DNA of 64,000 nt from a virus (taxonomy: Duplodnaviria > Caudoviricetes), in the IMG/VR virus record IMGVR_UViG_3300028805_000078, positions 32,001-96,000 of that record, one strand, 5' to 3'. Both the position numbers and the translations under genes were made by a program. A model generated the notes under the pieces. It was not told the origin of the DNA. It did not search any database and saw only the letters and a list, made by a program, of their open reading frames with translations. Of this stretch, positions 7,598 through 22,500 are shown in pieces; positions within the stretch are counted from its first letter, which is position 1; every line of letters starts with the position of its first letter.

Positions 7598-10500
7598 ATG
7601 GCCGATAACATTACAATGAATTTTGAATTGACCGGCGTTACTAAAGCTATTAGCGATGTAGAGAAATTAGTTCAGGTATCTGGAGAATTAGCTGCTCCAA
7701 TGAGAGAAGCAAAGACTGCAATAGGCGGCGTAAGTGAAGAGATTAGTGCAATAAAAGAGGGATTTGATTTAAGTTCTTTGAGTTCTGGCGCTGCCAGTAT
7801 GCCAGATATGTTGCAAAACTCTATTAACGCTATGGCTCAAGCGTTATCTCAGAGTGCTAAACAAATGCAGCAAGCTATGAAAGTATCCGGAGGGCAATTA
7901 ACCGAACAGCTCCAAATCGCGCAAACATATCTTGCTGTAAATTCAAGAATTTTAAATAACAATATTCAGACTGCCCGTGCTTTATTGCATGATGTTTCGC
8001 CTACACAAAGGAGCGCCTTTAACAGTTCTTATACAACAGCGGCACAAGATGCGGCAAATGTCTTCAGGAATTTCGCAAACACTAACGGTAGCGCTATGTC
8101 TGATAGATCTTTGGAATTGATGCTGCGAAATAATAAAATCGTATCTTCTGGTGTTTCGAGGATGGCGAAAAATACCGGGGCAAAAGAAGATTTGATTTAT
8201 AAAAGTTTGGTTCAAACTGCTGCAGCGCCTTTTATGCGTCGGGAAGTAATTAAAGACATCCAAAGATTAAGCGGTGGCCTTATTGATCCTACAAAAATAC
8301 AGGCACCAAAAGGAAACTTTTATAGCAGGTTGCCGGAACAGTTCCGAGGTTTATCTACCGTTATTACTCCTTCAACTGAAGCGGACATTTCAAAGTTTGT
8401 TCGTGGTAACGGTATCAAAGCATATAAAACTATCGAAGGCAATAAGCTTTACAATGAATTGTTAAATGAGATAACCGGCAATGCCCATCGAAAAGGAAAC
8501 ATAACGCTTGAACGAGCGTTGAATGCAGCCGGAATCCAGACGCGTTTTAAAGGCGGTTCTCAAGTTGGTTTGCCAACACGAATCGACGAAAGAACGTTGG
8601 CTTATGTTGGTGGCTTTTTGCATAGGTCATTGAATAATTATCTCGAAGGAGCTCCTTCGTATCTTGCTAACATGTCGCATTTATCCGACGATGATGCTGA
8701 ACGTCTTGGTGCGAAGAACGGAACTGTTGCAAGAGAAGTTGATTCCGCCTTTAGGATTCTTGCTAAAGCGGGTGTAAAGGATCTGTTGTACACGCCGAAC
8801 GGTGCGAGGCTGCCAAGCGTTGGAAATCCTAAGAATATAAAGTACATTTACAGCAAGCATTTGGCGCCACAAGGGATAAGACCTGATGAATTTGTTATAC
8901 CTTCAGTTACATATGCAGATTTTGGTAAAGGTGTTTTGCCTACAGCAAGAGACGGATTGATTCGGTATAGTGATAGTACGAATGGCAAGACTACGAATAA
9001 AATGATTTCCAGAAACATTCTGACGGATTTGCTTGGCATGCAAGGTAATCTCACATATGGCAATGGCAGTAAAACTAATATGGGTATTCCAAAGTTAATT
9101 TACGTAGACTTTGGTGAAGATGCTTATGCGAAAAAAGATAATGGTGAATTGGATTTTGATGAAACAGGAAACGTTAAATATAATGATGCTACGAAGAAAA
9201 TAATAACTGACATGTTTGATAAATCTAAACATAGTAAAACTATAAGAGGTTCGAAATATAGTTACTCTGTTATAAAGGGTGGACCGAACGGAGACACGAA
9301 TTATGTTCCTATTTCTACTAAACATGGTTCCGTAATCTTGGCTGCTGAGGGCGATTACGACGATCCTTATTCTTATGTTAGTATGTCAAAACGCAGTCTT
9401 GATACATTTGGCGTAAATGTTTTTGACGCATTTGAAAATATGGAAGAAGTAGTAGGTACGAACAAACAGCGTGCTAAAAAGATGGACACGAGAAATAGGT
9501 CTATTACTCCCTCTATTCCTTTTGCAGAAATGCAAGGATGGAGTATTCCTGGCCGTTCGAAGACTGCAATTTTGTCAATGAAAGACTTGTTTAAACTAAA
9601 GGATGGCGATAGTGATGCTGTAGGTATTGAAGGTACGGGCATCATATCTCCTGGTTATATTCCGGATGCTGCAGTTATTAGAATGCCGGGCGTTAAAGGA
9701 TCGTTGTTGCCTGTAAATCTAAAAAATATGGTGCAAAAAGTTTATGGAAATGTTGAAAGCCTATATGCACCAACTGTTACAGCTTCTGACGACATGAAGA
9801 AAGCATGGCATACAGGTGGCATTGATGCGGTTGTTAAACAATTTGGAGATAGTGTACTGTCTAATGGTCAATTTGTTGATGTTCTTAAGATGGATATGTT
9901 GTTGAGCGATGACTTGCTTAAGAGTTCTTTTTATACCAAAGGAATAAAAGATGGTGCAACGCATGAACAATTAGTTGATAGATTTTATAAAGTACTTGAG
10001 TTTATGGATTTATCTGGCAAAAACAATCCGCTTCAAGGAATAAGAGCTGTGCAGACTGCTGCAGGTTTTCAATCTCAGAAAGATGTGCTCAGTAATCAGG
10101 TTGCGCAGTATCTTAATATGGACTTTGATACTGCGAGCATGAACCAAAGCAGGTGGACCGAACATATTAACAAATTGAAATATAATGATCAATATGCATA
10201 CGATCAACTATTTAAACACGAGATAGACAAACAAGAAGATGTAATGGCGGCTATGCTCAATCCGGATAGTCAGATAGCAAGGAAAAGAAGAGAAGCTATT
10301 GCAAAAGCAGAAGAAGACAGGATGTACGGACGGCTATTTGGTGAGAACGAATTTATGATGGGCATGGCGGCTTTGAATCCGTTTGATTTTGTTAAAGTGT
10401 TGGCAGAAAGAAACGGCAAAGGGCAAAAGGGGTTAAATGTTGTCAATAAAGAATGGTTTGATAAACTGGGTCTGACTGGTAAAGGTGGAAAAGCTGGTAT

Positions 10501-13500
10501 TGCTGCTGCATTAGGCGGTTTCGCATTGGCATCCAATATTGCTGGTCTTCGATTTCCTAATAACTTCGGTGAGCAATTTCCTTTATTGAACAATAAAGAG
10601 TATATTGATTCTTTGAAAGAATTTGGAATGTCTCCGAATGCAATCTATATGAATGCTGCAACGTTGCGTAAAATGGGCACCGGAGATTTCGACGGAGATA
10701 CAGTACAGCTGATTAAAGGAAAATATGCGGATATTATAAGGCAGACTTTTGAAAATAATAAAGACCTTATAAAATGGGATGAATACGGCACAAGAATCGG
10801 AAGATTGGAAGAACCTAAAGATGTAGAAGAGAATAGGCCAGTTAATCCTGAAGATTGGGCTCAATATCTTTATCGACAGGCAGCGGCGAGGTTCAGGCTT
10901 GGACGAATCAGTAACGCTTCGGGCGCGATAGGACAGGTTTCGTCTAATGATGTACTTAGATCACTATATGCCAAAGGTGCGCTTGATTTGGCTGATCAAT
11001 ACGATATTGATACTACGTGGATTAAAACTGGTGTAGCTGCAAACTGGAGCAAAAATGCAAACAAAGTTAAACAGTATTTAGGCACTCCGTTCTCCTCTGT
11101 ATTTAAAGATATGATTGGCGCTGTTGCCTCTGGCGATTATTCGAAGTTCGGTGATCTATCAAAGGTAAATATGCCTAGTATATATAATGCATCGTCTATA
11201 GCGTTGATGGAAGAACTGACGAGATCACCGTTAAGTTCAAACGCCGTAGACCAATTGCTGAAAGCTCAGGACAGTATTCAGAACCTGTTAACGCCTGAAC
11301 AAATGAAACAAGGGCATGGTACTGCGTTTGAAAGAGCTCGCACCGAATACTTTAGGGCAAGAAATAAACGAATCGCAAACGCTATAACCGGCCGCGGCTT
11401 TATACCATCGCAAGAAGACGATGATGCACTCGAAGCTTTGTATGCCAGTTATCGTGCCAGCGCTTATGAAACATTCAGAAATTCCAAGAGTTTAGGAATA
11501 ACACAAGATGAAAAAGATAGAATAGGGCGAGAATTGAGAATACAGGAAGAAATACATAATGCATATAAAACATTTGGTTTAAGTCATGAAAACGTCGAAA
11601 AAGGCTTGGGGTATTCTGGATATGTTAAAAATAATGCTGGTAATTATGTTGCCAATAATGCATATACGCAAGGTCAGTTAGATGCAAATCCAGATCTCGA
11701 TAAAGTTAATTATGGTACAGCATTAACGATGGGCGGAACTTTGGCTGAAGCCGGAATACAAAGCACAGTACGCGAAAGACAGGAAGCTGAAGCCGCGCAG
11801 TATGCGAGAGATACATTGTTTGGAACTAATCCTCGAAGATGGTCTATATCTAATCTTAGATTATACAGAAGAAATGCAATAGACTGGTACAACCATACGG
11901 TTAATGATGCCGATATAGGCAATCAAGGCTTCGATCCTTTTGATACGGCGCTTGGTTCAGCCGTTCATAGTAGACTTGAAAGTATTATTAATGCGCGGTT
12001 GCAAAAAGATCTTGCATTGTCGGAGCCTGAGATATTAAAAGGCGTTGAAAGAAAAGAGCGTAAAGATAATGGAACAGTGGAAAACAATTTAATACCTCTT
12101 TTAAAAGAAGCTGGATTAAAGAATTATTTTAATGAAAATGGAGAATTGGATTTTCAGTTCCATGTAGATGATGCAGCTAAGCTAAATAAAGCTATTGAGT
12201 TTGTTAAACTTGCAAGTTCTGCGGACTTTTTGAAAGATGAAGATATTGTTGCCAGTGAATTTAAAACAACATTAGATTTAGGCCAATATAAACATAGTGC
12301 ACGCAAAGGTCAGGATATTGCAACTATAGGTTATGCTGATTTAGTCACATATCGTCATGATAAAAATCATCCTGAAAACAGCGGTTTCATTATTAATGAA
12401 TTTAAATCACATGAAGCAAACGATGACGGCCGCGAACAAACTGGTGTATATGGATTAAGTATTGAGAAATTAATCCAAGCCGGAATGATTAATGTAGATA
12501 AGCTGCGTGCAAGATATGGTGATAGTTTTAACCCAAGAGTTGTAGGCATCAGAACTTTTGGCTACTTAGATGAAAATGGTGCGCCGATGATTATTCCATT
12601 TGGCGAAGGAACTGAACAGAGACAAAAAGCTCAGGAACAAATGGAAGCTTTTGGTAAAGATGTTTCTAAAATTGAAGAAATGGCATTCAGCAAAGAAGGT
12701 CTTCGAGCCGCTATAATGGCAGGAAGGCAAGACATTGTTGATGACGTATTTTCATTTGTGCCAAAAGTATATAAAGATCAACTAGAAGCAGAGATTGGTT
12801 CGGACAACAGCCGCGAAAGTCTGCATAAAGCACGAGGCGCATTATTAAGTGATGAGACACGAAAGCAAGATGCGAGAACAATAGCTGAAGCATTTTCTTT
12901 GAGAAAAGACGTAGATACATATATCGATCAGCTTGACAGTATGTATTATGAGCTGAATCGAGAAGGTATCGATGCCCCGAAAGTAAAAGATAAATGGGGT
13001 TTGAAATGGTCGCAGATAAACAGTTCTTATGATAATAAACTGCAGGAATTTATAAATAGAGGTTTGACTTCAGAATCAGAGGAAATAGTTTCGATTAAAC
13101 GTGCACGTGATAGAAATATAACAGCCTATAATAGTAAATTACTTGAGATGGCTCCAAAGGATTTGTCTGATTTAAAGGACCGGTTGAATGATTCTGTTTC
13201 GAATATAGGAAAGAGTAGGTTTGTTTCAGAGAATGAAAAATATAAAGAAAAGTTGAATCTGATGATTGAAGAACAATCTTCTGCTTTGAATCAACTTGAA
13301 AAGAATAAAGACCAATACGCTGGAAATGAAGATGTTTACGAAAGCTCTTTGGCAAGAGCTCGTGCCAATTTAGAGGAAGTAAAACAATTAAGAGATAGCT
13401 TGGTTGAAAACTCTGATATACATTTAAAGATTAATCTCGAAGGCGACGCATTGCGCGATTTAAAACAGGCTCAATCGATATTACAGCAATTTGGATTTAA

Positions 13501-16500
13501 TGCGGATAATGAAGGTTATGCAAAAGAATTAGCAATGCACAATCTAAAGAACACGCAAATTTCAATTCTTGAATCGTTGGGCGCAAAAACAGTTGACGAA
13601 CAAGCCAATCTTTTAAAGAACATAAAAACAAATCCAGATGCATACAAAGATCAATTATCTCCTGATTTGTTGAAAGTATTGAATCTTGAAGAATATGATT
13701 ACGATAGATATATAGAGTTCCAGAAACAACGAAAAGAATTGCAAGATAGATATAATAGAGGAATTAATGAGGATCGTCAAAGATATTTTGAAGAAGATTT
13801 GATGCACAAAGCAAATAGTATCAACGTTAGTTCAGGAACAATAGATCAATGGCAAATTAGTTCTTCGCGTTTGAATGATAAATATAATTCTACAAGAAAA
13901 CTATATGAACAAGTAAATGGACTGTATTCTCAAAGAACGGATTTAATGCCGGGTGACGTAGAGTATTTAAATAATTTAAGAGACTCTGTTGCTGAATATG
14001 AGAGACAGTTGTCTGTAATGCAAGATGCTATTGAACAAGCTCAGGAGAATCGCGATTGGTATAAAAAGAATATAACGGACAGGCAAGATGTTCAAAGGAT
14101 AGCTGATATTAATCGTAAGTATGAAAAACAGATATCTCAAAGAAATCAACCTCGGTTTGGTAATGGTTTACTTGGTTCATTCGAAAAAAGATTATACGCT
14201 ATGCGCGCCGAAAGAGACGACAGAGAATATGCAATTAGCCAATTAACAGAACAGCGCATGCAACAACAAGCTATTGCAGACAGATATACAGAGCTGAAAG
14301 GCAAAAATGGTTATAAATTTTCAAATGAAGATCAGGATAAACTTGATGCCGCCAGCAGAAGTATAAATGAACTGAATGCTCAAATCGCCGGTGAACAGAG
14401 CGCTTTAGAGGGAATTAGTGGTGCCTCCGGTGTCGCAAAGGCTGCGATGGGCGCACTCGGCGATGCTTTCTCCCGTCTATCGTCTATGTTTGGCCGTCGT
14501 ATCTTTATGAAACTTCTCTCTGAAGTAACCCAGTTCATGAAGCAGTATGATACGGCTATGACAAATGTACGGATGATCACGATGAAGACAAGCGAAGAGA
14601 TGGATCAGGTCGGGGCAAGCAACTTCGTTACTGCGCGTAGGCTGAAAACTGATGTTGTAACGGTTGCCGAAGTTAAAGCTGGTCTTTATCGCCAGGGTCT
14701 CTCCGATGAGGAGGTTGAAGACAGAACAGATCAGGTAATCAAGTTTGCGAAGGTTGCTGGCATCAAGACGGAAACTGCGAGTAAGATTATGACTACTGCG
14801 CTTAAGAACGGGCTCGTCGAATCTGCACAGGAAGCAATGGACGTTCTTGCTGCATTGGGTGACAGCGCGGCTACGACTGCTGACGAAATCCAGAAGGCGC
14901 TTCAGAAGGTTGCGGCTACGGCGCACAGCACTGGTATGGAGTATAACGAACTCACCGCGCTTCTGACGGTCGCGCTTGATAAGACGCAGCTCAGCGGCAA
15001 CGTAATCGGTACAGCGATGAACACAATCATGACCCGTATGCGCAGGGTTAATGAAACAGATTATGTGAAAGCAAGCAACGGTGAGATCACTACAATCAAC
15101 GATGTAGACAGAGCGCTCAGCAGGGTCGGAGTAAGTATCCGTGAAAACGGTAAAATGAAGGATACTGTTGAAATCCTTAGGGATCTTAGCAAAGTCTGGG
15201 GTACTATCGATAACGATATGACAAAACAGAATATCGTGTATGCGATGGCCGGTCGAGGAGCGGCCGCTACAAATACGTTGTATTCCGTACTTGAAGCATT
15301 AGGTGAAGATGGCGGAGAAGCATATGAGAAAGCATTGCAAACTGCGATGAGTGCAAATGGAACTGTTGATGAGAAGTATACTGCATATCTTGACAGTTAC
15401 AACGCATCGCTGCAGGAGCTGAATACGAGTATCGATACTCTTGGAAATACGATTATATCGAGTGGCATTGCACAATTCTTTGTTGATTTTGCAACAGATG
15501 TTGCCTCACTTCCCGGCTTAATTGCTATTGCATTACCGGCAATTACAAAGATGATTACTGGAATAACTGTTGCCACCGGTGTAATGAAGACATCGACTGC
15601 AGGTATAATTGGTTTTGGAGTTGGAGCGGTGGCCGCGGCTGGGTTTGGTATCTACAAATTAATTGCTGATGCACGAAAAAGAAGAGAAGAGCAAAATCTT
15701 AGAAACGAAGATTTGAGCAATATTCTTAATACAAACGAACAACAGAATTTGCAAAAACAAAAAAGCAAAATCGAATCATATTACGATACAATTGAATCGT
15801 TCTACGATAAGTATGGAAACAGTGCAAACATTACGGAGGTTGCTGGGCAAAAAGAAGTAGAAGAATTTGAATCTGCCGTAAGTAATTTGAGCACTACTCT
15901 TGGGACTAAATTTAAAACTAATATAGCCGATGCTTTATCGGATATGGGTAAGTTCAAAGATTTAATTGAAGAAATAACAAAAGAAGTAAATGATGAAAAA
16001 GCTAAAATTTCAAAAGAACAAGTAACGTTAGCTGCGCAAGGTAATGTGTCTTTTGGCAGAAATGTTTCTGCATGGGGTGGTTTATCTAACATAGGTACGC
16101 TTGCTCCTGGGTATGATATGTTAGATGCTATTTATATGCAATCGTTAGTTGACGCTGGTTTGATAAATGGTTATACTGTCAAAGGAGAATTAATAAACGG
16201 AAGATCTTTTGGCTTAGAAGATACACGAGGAAACACTAAAACAGTTTGGGGACCACATGCAATAAATGAAATTAGATATGTTGATGAATTAGTTGGTCAA
16301 TTGTACAATGGCGCTAATCAAATTGGTGATGCTCAGAATGTATTAAGGGCGAATTTAAAGAATCAAATTGTTGAATATAATGATAAATATGATTTAGGGT
16401 ATAATGAGATAGAGAATTTTACCGATGTTCAAATTGAAGAAGCTTTAAAGACTATAGCTGCATATTCCTATCTCGAAAATTTGATATCAAAAAGTGATGA

Positions 16501-19500
16501 AATAAAAACATATCTATCAGACAATGATTTAGATCAAAATAGTGTTATTAGAAACTTTATGGCAAGTCAGGGAGAAAATGTAATAGCGAATCTTTTCTCT
16601 GAAACTACTACTGGGAGTATTAATGATGCGTTTGCTGCGCATATAATTAATAAAGAAAACGAAAAACAATTGCTATTGAGCGATAATACTTCTCCTGTAT
16701 ATTTGCAGCTTAAAAATGGCGCATTTGGAACAGAAGGCGTATATCAGGAAATAGCAAACGGAGATCATTTTGCAAAAGCGACAGAAGCATATGCGTATTT
16801 AAACGATGAATCAAATAGAGATAGAATTAGAAAAAATTATCCTGATCTATATAAAGAGTTGTATGATGAAAATGGTAAAGTCAGGTCCGGTGCGTTGTCG
16901 CATTTTACATATCAAAGCGGAAATCGAGTGTATGGATTTGGTACACCAGACTTTATTGATAGCGGATATTATTATGGAAAAAATAGTAATTTTGCAGGAA
17001 GTAAAGCGCTATTATTGAATTCGCTTCCCGGAGTATCTAATTTCGCACAACTTGAAGCCAACATGAGTGCATCTGGTGAATGGGATTACGTACAATCTTA
17101 TTTAGATTCTTTGGCTGGAACAGATAAAGGTGCTCAGCTTCAACGGCTAAAAGATACAAACGATATTGAAGGTTTCCGGAATTTCTTAATTACCGAACTA
17201 CAAAGTGGTTCTTTTGAAGAGATTAATAAGCTTTATGCCAATGCTCAGAAACAACGTAAGTATGCTGACGTGTTTTACAAGATGTATGAGCAAGGTCAGC
17301 TAAGTGGTGAAAACGTCAGCGAGCTCGGGAGTTTTGTTGGATACGACGTCAGTGGTTTGGCAGATGAAGATCTTAAAGCTCTGGCAAGACAGGCGTATCA
17401 ACAGGTCACGATGACTTATACTGATATCGGTATGCAGTATGCGAGCCAGATGATGGCAAACGCAATTTCTTCGAAAGATTACGAGAACTGGGCTAAAGAA
17501 AACAAAGGCAAGACATTTGCGGATTATATTGCGGCAACGGATAACGAAGCTGTGCGGGCGATTTATGAGAGCGCGCGCGCAAATGGATATACATTAAACG
17601 TAAACGCTGAAGGCACGGCGATCACATCTACGTTTGCCGGTATTCCTAGTTACGAATATACGAATCCTTTGATCAACAGAGATTTGTATACACCTGAAGA
17701 ATCAAGGAGAGCCGCGCAGGAATATTATAATATGATCCGTGGCGGCGCGAGTCAGGAAGCTTTGAAACAGTGGCTGAATGAAGATGCACAGCGGGCTTCG
17801 ATGATCAGTTCCGATTGGAAAGATCTTGTGACATGGAGCAACTTGAGTCAGGAAGAAAAGGACACAATCTACGGAAAGAATCTTGAGAGAAGAATAGAGA
17901 TCAATTTGGTTACGAGCGGTCTTACTGAGCTTGAAACGGCAGGCGAAATACTTGCAGGCATGGCGAGCTCCGCAGAAAAGATCATGAGCCTTAACAAAGT
18001 TGAAGCGCATGATGCAATGGAGCAGCAGTATGGCGAGATCCGTTCTTGGCAGAAGGCTGAGGCTGCGTATGATAAGCTTGCGAGAGGCGAGAGGCTTACT
18101 CCTGAACAATGGGAGGAAATCGCAAGAGGATATAACATAGCGGATATATCTGAATTCCAGAAAGGCATACGTGGATTTGATGAGCTTAACGCGTACAGAA
18201 ATGAGAAGAACCGGCAGATAGGAAACGGGTTTAACACAACAATCGAAGAGATGATAAAAGCAGGAAACAAAAGTAAAATTGCACAACCTGATCTTGAAAA
18301 TACAATTGATGAAACTCAAAACAATCTTGAAACAATTAATGAATCCGCAAATGTTGCGTTTAGCGAATATGATGAACTTATTACCCAATATCAAAAGAGT
18401 TTTGAACAAGAAAATGATCAACTTCAAGAGACAAATGAACAAATTAATAAAATATCAAATAAAATAAAGACACAGATAACAGATAAATTAAATAGTAAAA
18501 TTAGTGAATATAAAACTCCTTTAAAAAAACTTGATTATACTGATTTGGAAATTGATCGCGAAACACTTTCTAGTAAACTTAACATTCAACGAAATACACT
18601 TCCAGAAGTAAATGGTTTAATAGCAGAAACAGAAGCGGATTTAGAAAACTCAAAAAGTGAATTAGAAGTAATGGAATCAGAGTTATCTGGTTTAAAAGAT
18701 GAGTATAAAGTAATTGATACACAGTGGAGTGAAATTAATCACATTGTTCATAATCCGAATGAAATTGAATTGTCAGATGAAGAGAAAAACGAATATTATG
18801 ATAAAAGAGTTATTGAAATTTATGCTGCCGCAAGAGAAAAACAGCATGCAAACGCAATGATGGAATGGATTGCACATAATAACAATTTACAAGATATTAT
18901 AAATTTGGTTAGAAATGACGATTTTGAGCAGCTTATAAATGATAAAAATAATAAGACCACTTATGAAAAATATATACAAACCTTTGTGAATGATTATTTA
19001 AATGCACCATATTCGTGGGAAGAATATACTGATGAACTTGAACTTGTAAATACAAAAGGAAATTGGTTAAACAGAGAACAATTGGAAGAAGTTAGAAAAG
19101 CGAGGCGAAAAGGATACTCATTTGAAGAAATATTTAAAGATATGAAAGATATAGATTTGACAAGAACAGAAGAATACAAAAAACAATTTAGTGAATATAA
19201 TGATAGAATAAATGATGTAGTATCAATTAAATCAAGCGATGTTCCAACTGCTATAAGGTATATATATGATATAATAGATGAGCCTTTGGAATCGTTAGAT
19301 ACTATATGGAGTGATGCAAGCACCGAAAGTTTACGTATTTCAACAGACGAAGGATTGAATGAGTTATATGAACAGTTGAAATCGGACAAACTATCTGCAT
19401 ATCAAACACAATTAATTGATTTATACACGCAACTAACAGCTAAAAACACAGAAATAGAAGAGAAAGAAGGACAAATAAGGGATAAAAAAAGTGAAATTCG

Positions 19501-22500
19501 TTCACAACAAACTACGTTAAATAGCTATCGGCAACGAAAATCTGATTTGGAAGAAAGTATAAGTTTGTTTATTGCTCAAATAAAAGCAATTGACGAAGCC
19601 ATCGCAGAAGGAGAAATGAAATACAATGAAGCCGAAAATGATCGTGTTAATGTATTAGAAAAACTCTATTCCGTAGCGAACGAGTGGACAATGTTAGAAG
19701 CTGCGTGGTCTGATAATTTATCGTTTAGTGATTTGCCAGAAGATTTGCAAGCGTTTTTATTAGAACAAGACGAGGTAATAGGTTTATTTGAACAAAAGGA
19801 TCTTTTATCGAGCGAAGTTTCTAAGACAACAGCTCACAGATTAAATGAGGTAAAGCAATTAAATGATGTAAGGAGAACGGGCAAGTTCTATTCATTGATA
19901 CCTAAAGAGAAAAATACAACAATAAATAAAAATGCCGCAGTAGAATCTGTATCAAATATAAATACATTTATTCCTGATTTTGTAGATGATAATGGTAGAT
20001 ATTATAAGCTTAATGAAAATGGTAGATTTTATGAGGTAAATTCTAAAGGAGAAATGCTTGAAGGACTTGTAGCTGGCAGAGGTTTAACATATGAAGAAAT
20101 GTATTCTAGACGCTCCGATATTGCAAATTACATGAAGTATCTGAACAGTCTTGGATATTATATGAATAACAAAACAGGCAGACTCGAACTCGACGAGACA
20201 GGAAGAAAGACGGCGTGGAGTATCTCCGATGCGCAAACGGCTCGTGATTATATGCAAGGCGCTTACACGTATCAGCGGAATACTCTCTCCGCTGAAAACC
20301 TGAATACTGCGTATAGGACGTTGTACGAGAAAGCGCAGAGCAAAGGTTCGTATGATGATTTTCTTAATTCGTTAAATGAAGAAGAAAGATATGCGCTTCA
20401 ACAAATTATTGATACTTCTAAAGAAGCTGACTTTTTCGAAGATATTAATGGTAACCGGCTGCTATCAAAAGATGTTATACGAAACAGAGCGTATAGTGCT
20501 GGATATGAAACAAATAACGAACGATTTGACATATCGAATGCTAAAGTTAGAGAATATATTGGACAATTGATGCGTGGCGATAAAACATGGATCGATGAAG
20601 CAGAAGCATCTGGTTATGGTGATCAATATAAGTCAGCCATGCAGAACATTCTTGGTGACACGTATGATGAACTGTATCTCGCAGCAACAACCGACAACGA
20701 GGTAAGTAAAGGTCTTCGCGATGCCGCACAAAAAGCTTACGAAGAGAACAGAATTAATTATGCGACAAGATTCGATGAATACGCGAACGAAGGCCGTGAG
20801 TTGTATTCGAATTTGACGAGTGATAGAGCTTCTGTCAGAAGAAGCGCGAGACAAGAAATGATTGGTCGCGCACAAAATATCGCGGATGCAAGATGGGCTT
20901 TTGGACAGTATGAAAGCGGAGCAATTTATGACGATACAGTTATGTCGCTTCTCAGCAATGCTACCGGATATACTGTAAAGCAGCTACGTGAAAAGTACGC
21001 AAGCGGTCAAACGAATGACATATCTGTAGCAATTGATGAAAGCTGGAACGACCTTACGGAGACACTTAAACAAGGCGTTAAGAGCATGCTCAGCACCAAA
21101 GGCATTGAACTTGGAGACGGATTTGAAAACTGGTTAGATGTTGGCGCTATAGAAGAAGTTGTCGGTCAGCTTCCTGACGAAATAAGAGATTATATTGAGA
21201 GTGTTGTCAGCCTTATCGCCGATGTGCGCGAAAGTCAGACTGGTACACTTGAAGAATCGTTTACACAAGCTACAGAGCAAAAGAATAAAGACAGACAATT
21301 TCTTTTAAATCTACGCAGTGCTGAAAATGTAAGAGATTTTGTTAATGCAAGCTCGAGATCTGAAGAAGATTGGAACCGTTTCGTGTCACAGAATCCGGAA
21401 ATTGCAGGCGCTATTCTTGGTGGAATGGATAATGAATCAATTGTAAGTTTGATTAACTCTTCTCTTTACGGCGGTTCCAATTATCAGACTGCAATGAGCC
21501 TTCTTAATACAATGATGCCTGGTATGTTCAGCGGAGAGCTTACCGCGGATAAGATGCAAGAAACTTATGACGTCATGGCTCCAGAACAAAGAGAAGTATT
21601 TGATTCGTTCATGAACAAATACTCTTCGGTAGGCACGCTGATGCAAGCTATTAAAGATCCGACAATAAGTTTCGAAGAAGCTTTAAAAGGTGTAAACGAA
21701 GAATTTAGAAACTATGAATATGTTGAGAAGTACGGAGAAGAAAGTGAAACTGTCAATAAAACTGTAAAAGACTTCACAAAAAATGCGCGCACTGCTGTAC
21801 AAGCGATTGGTTCGATGACTACGAAAATTCATTCGTTGTCTTATCAAAATAAGCAATTGAACGATTCGATGGGTAAAGCCGGCAATCAATTAACGGATGA
21901 TCAGCTTAATGTTTTGTCAGGCATATACGGTATAGATCAAAGTGTTATAAAGGGTTATGGCGCTGACATGATTGACAACCTTGTGCAAGGTGCAAAAGAA
22001 AGTCTCAATGAACAGTATGCTCACGAAATTGTTGATCCGCTTATGGAATCCGTGAAGGCAGAAGTAGAAGGACTAAGTGACAGCCAGAAAATAGAGTTCG
22101 ATCAAATGGTGCATGTCGCAATGAAAGGCGACGGCGCTGTGGATGTATCCGAATTAGCGAACATTGCACATCAACTCGGACTTGATTGTGAAGCCGCTCT
22201 TAATGCGCTCGTAGGAACTGGTAGTGCAATCGAAGCTCAATGGGGATCTGATGGCAACAAGGTATGGTATAATATTATAAAAAGCGCGCTCGGTACAGGT
22301 GGAACCAAATCCGGTGGTGGTGGAGGCGGTGGAAAATCGAAGTTCCAGAAGTTCCTCACGGAACTTAAGAACAAGATAGCTGTCAGCGACCACGAGATCA
22401 AGATGATCCAGGCGCAGGAGACGAAGTATGAGAACCGCGGAGAATACGGAAATCTGAATGCAATGATCGAGCTCGAGAACGAGGCGCAGGGGCGTTACAT

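Noticed and set aside
11830-12600. Cas4 / CRISPR adaptation function
   Set aside because: The four-cysteine Fe-S motif is absent and there is no cas context, so it is kept as a generic RecB-like nuclease.
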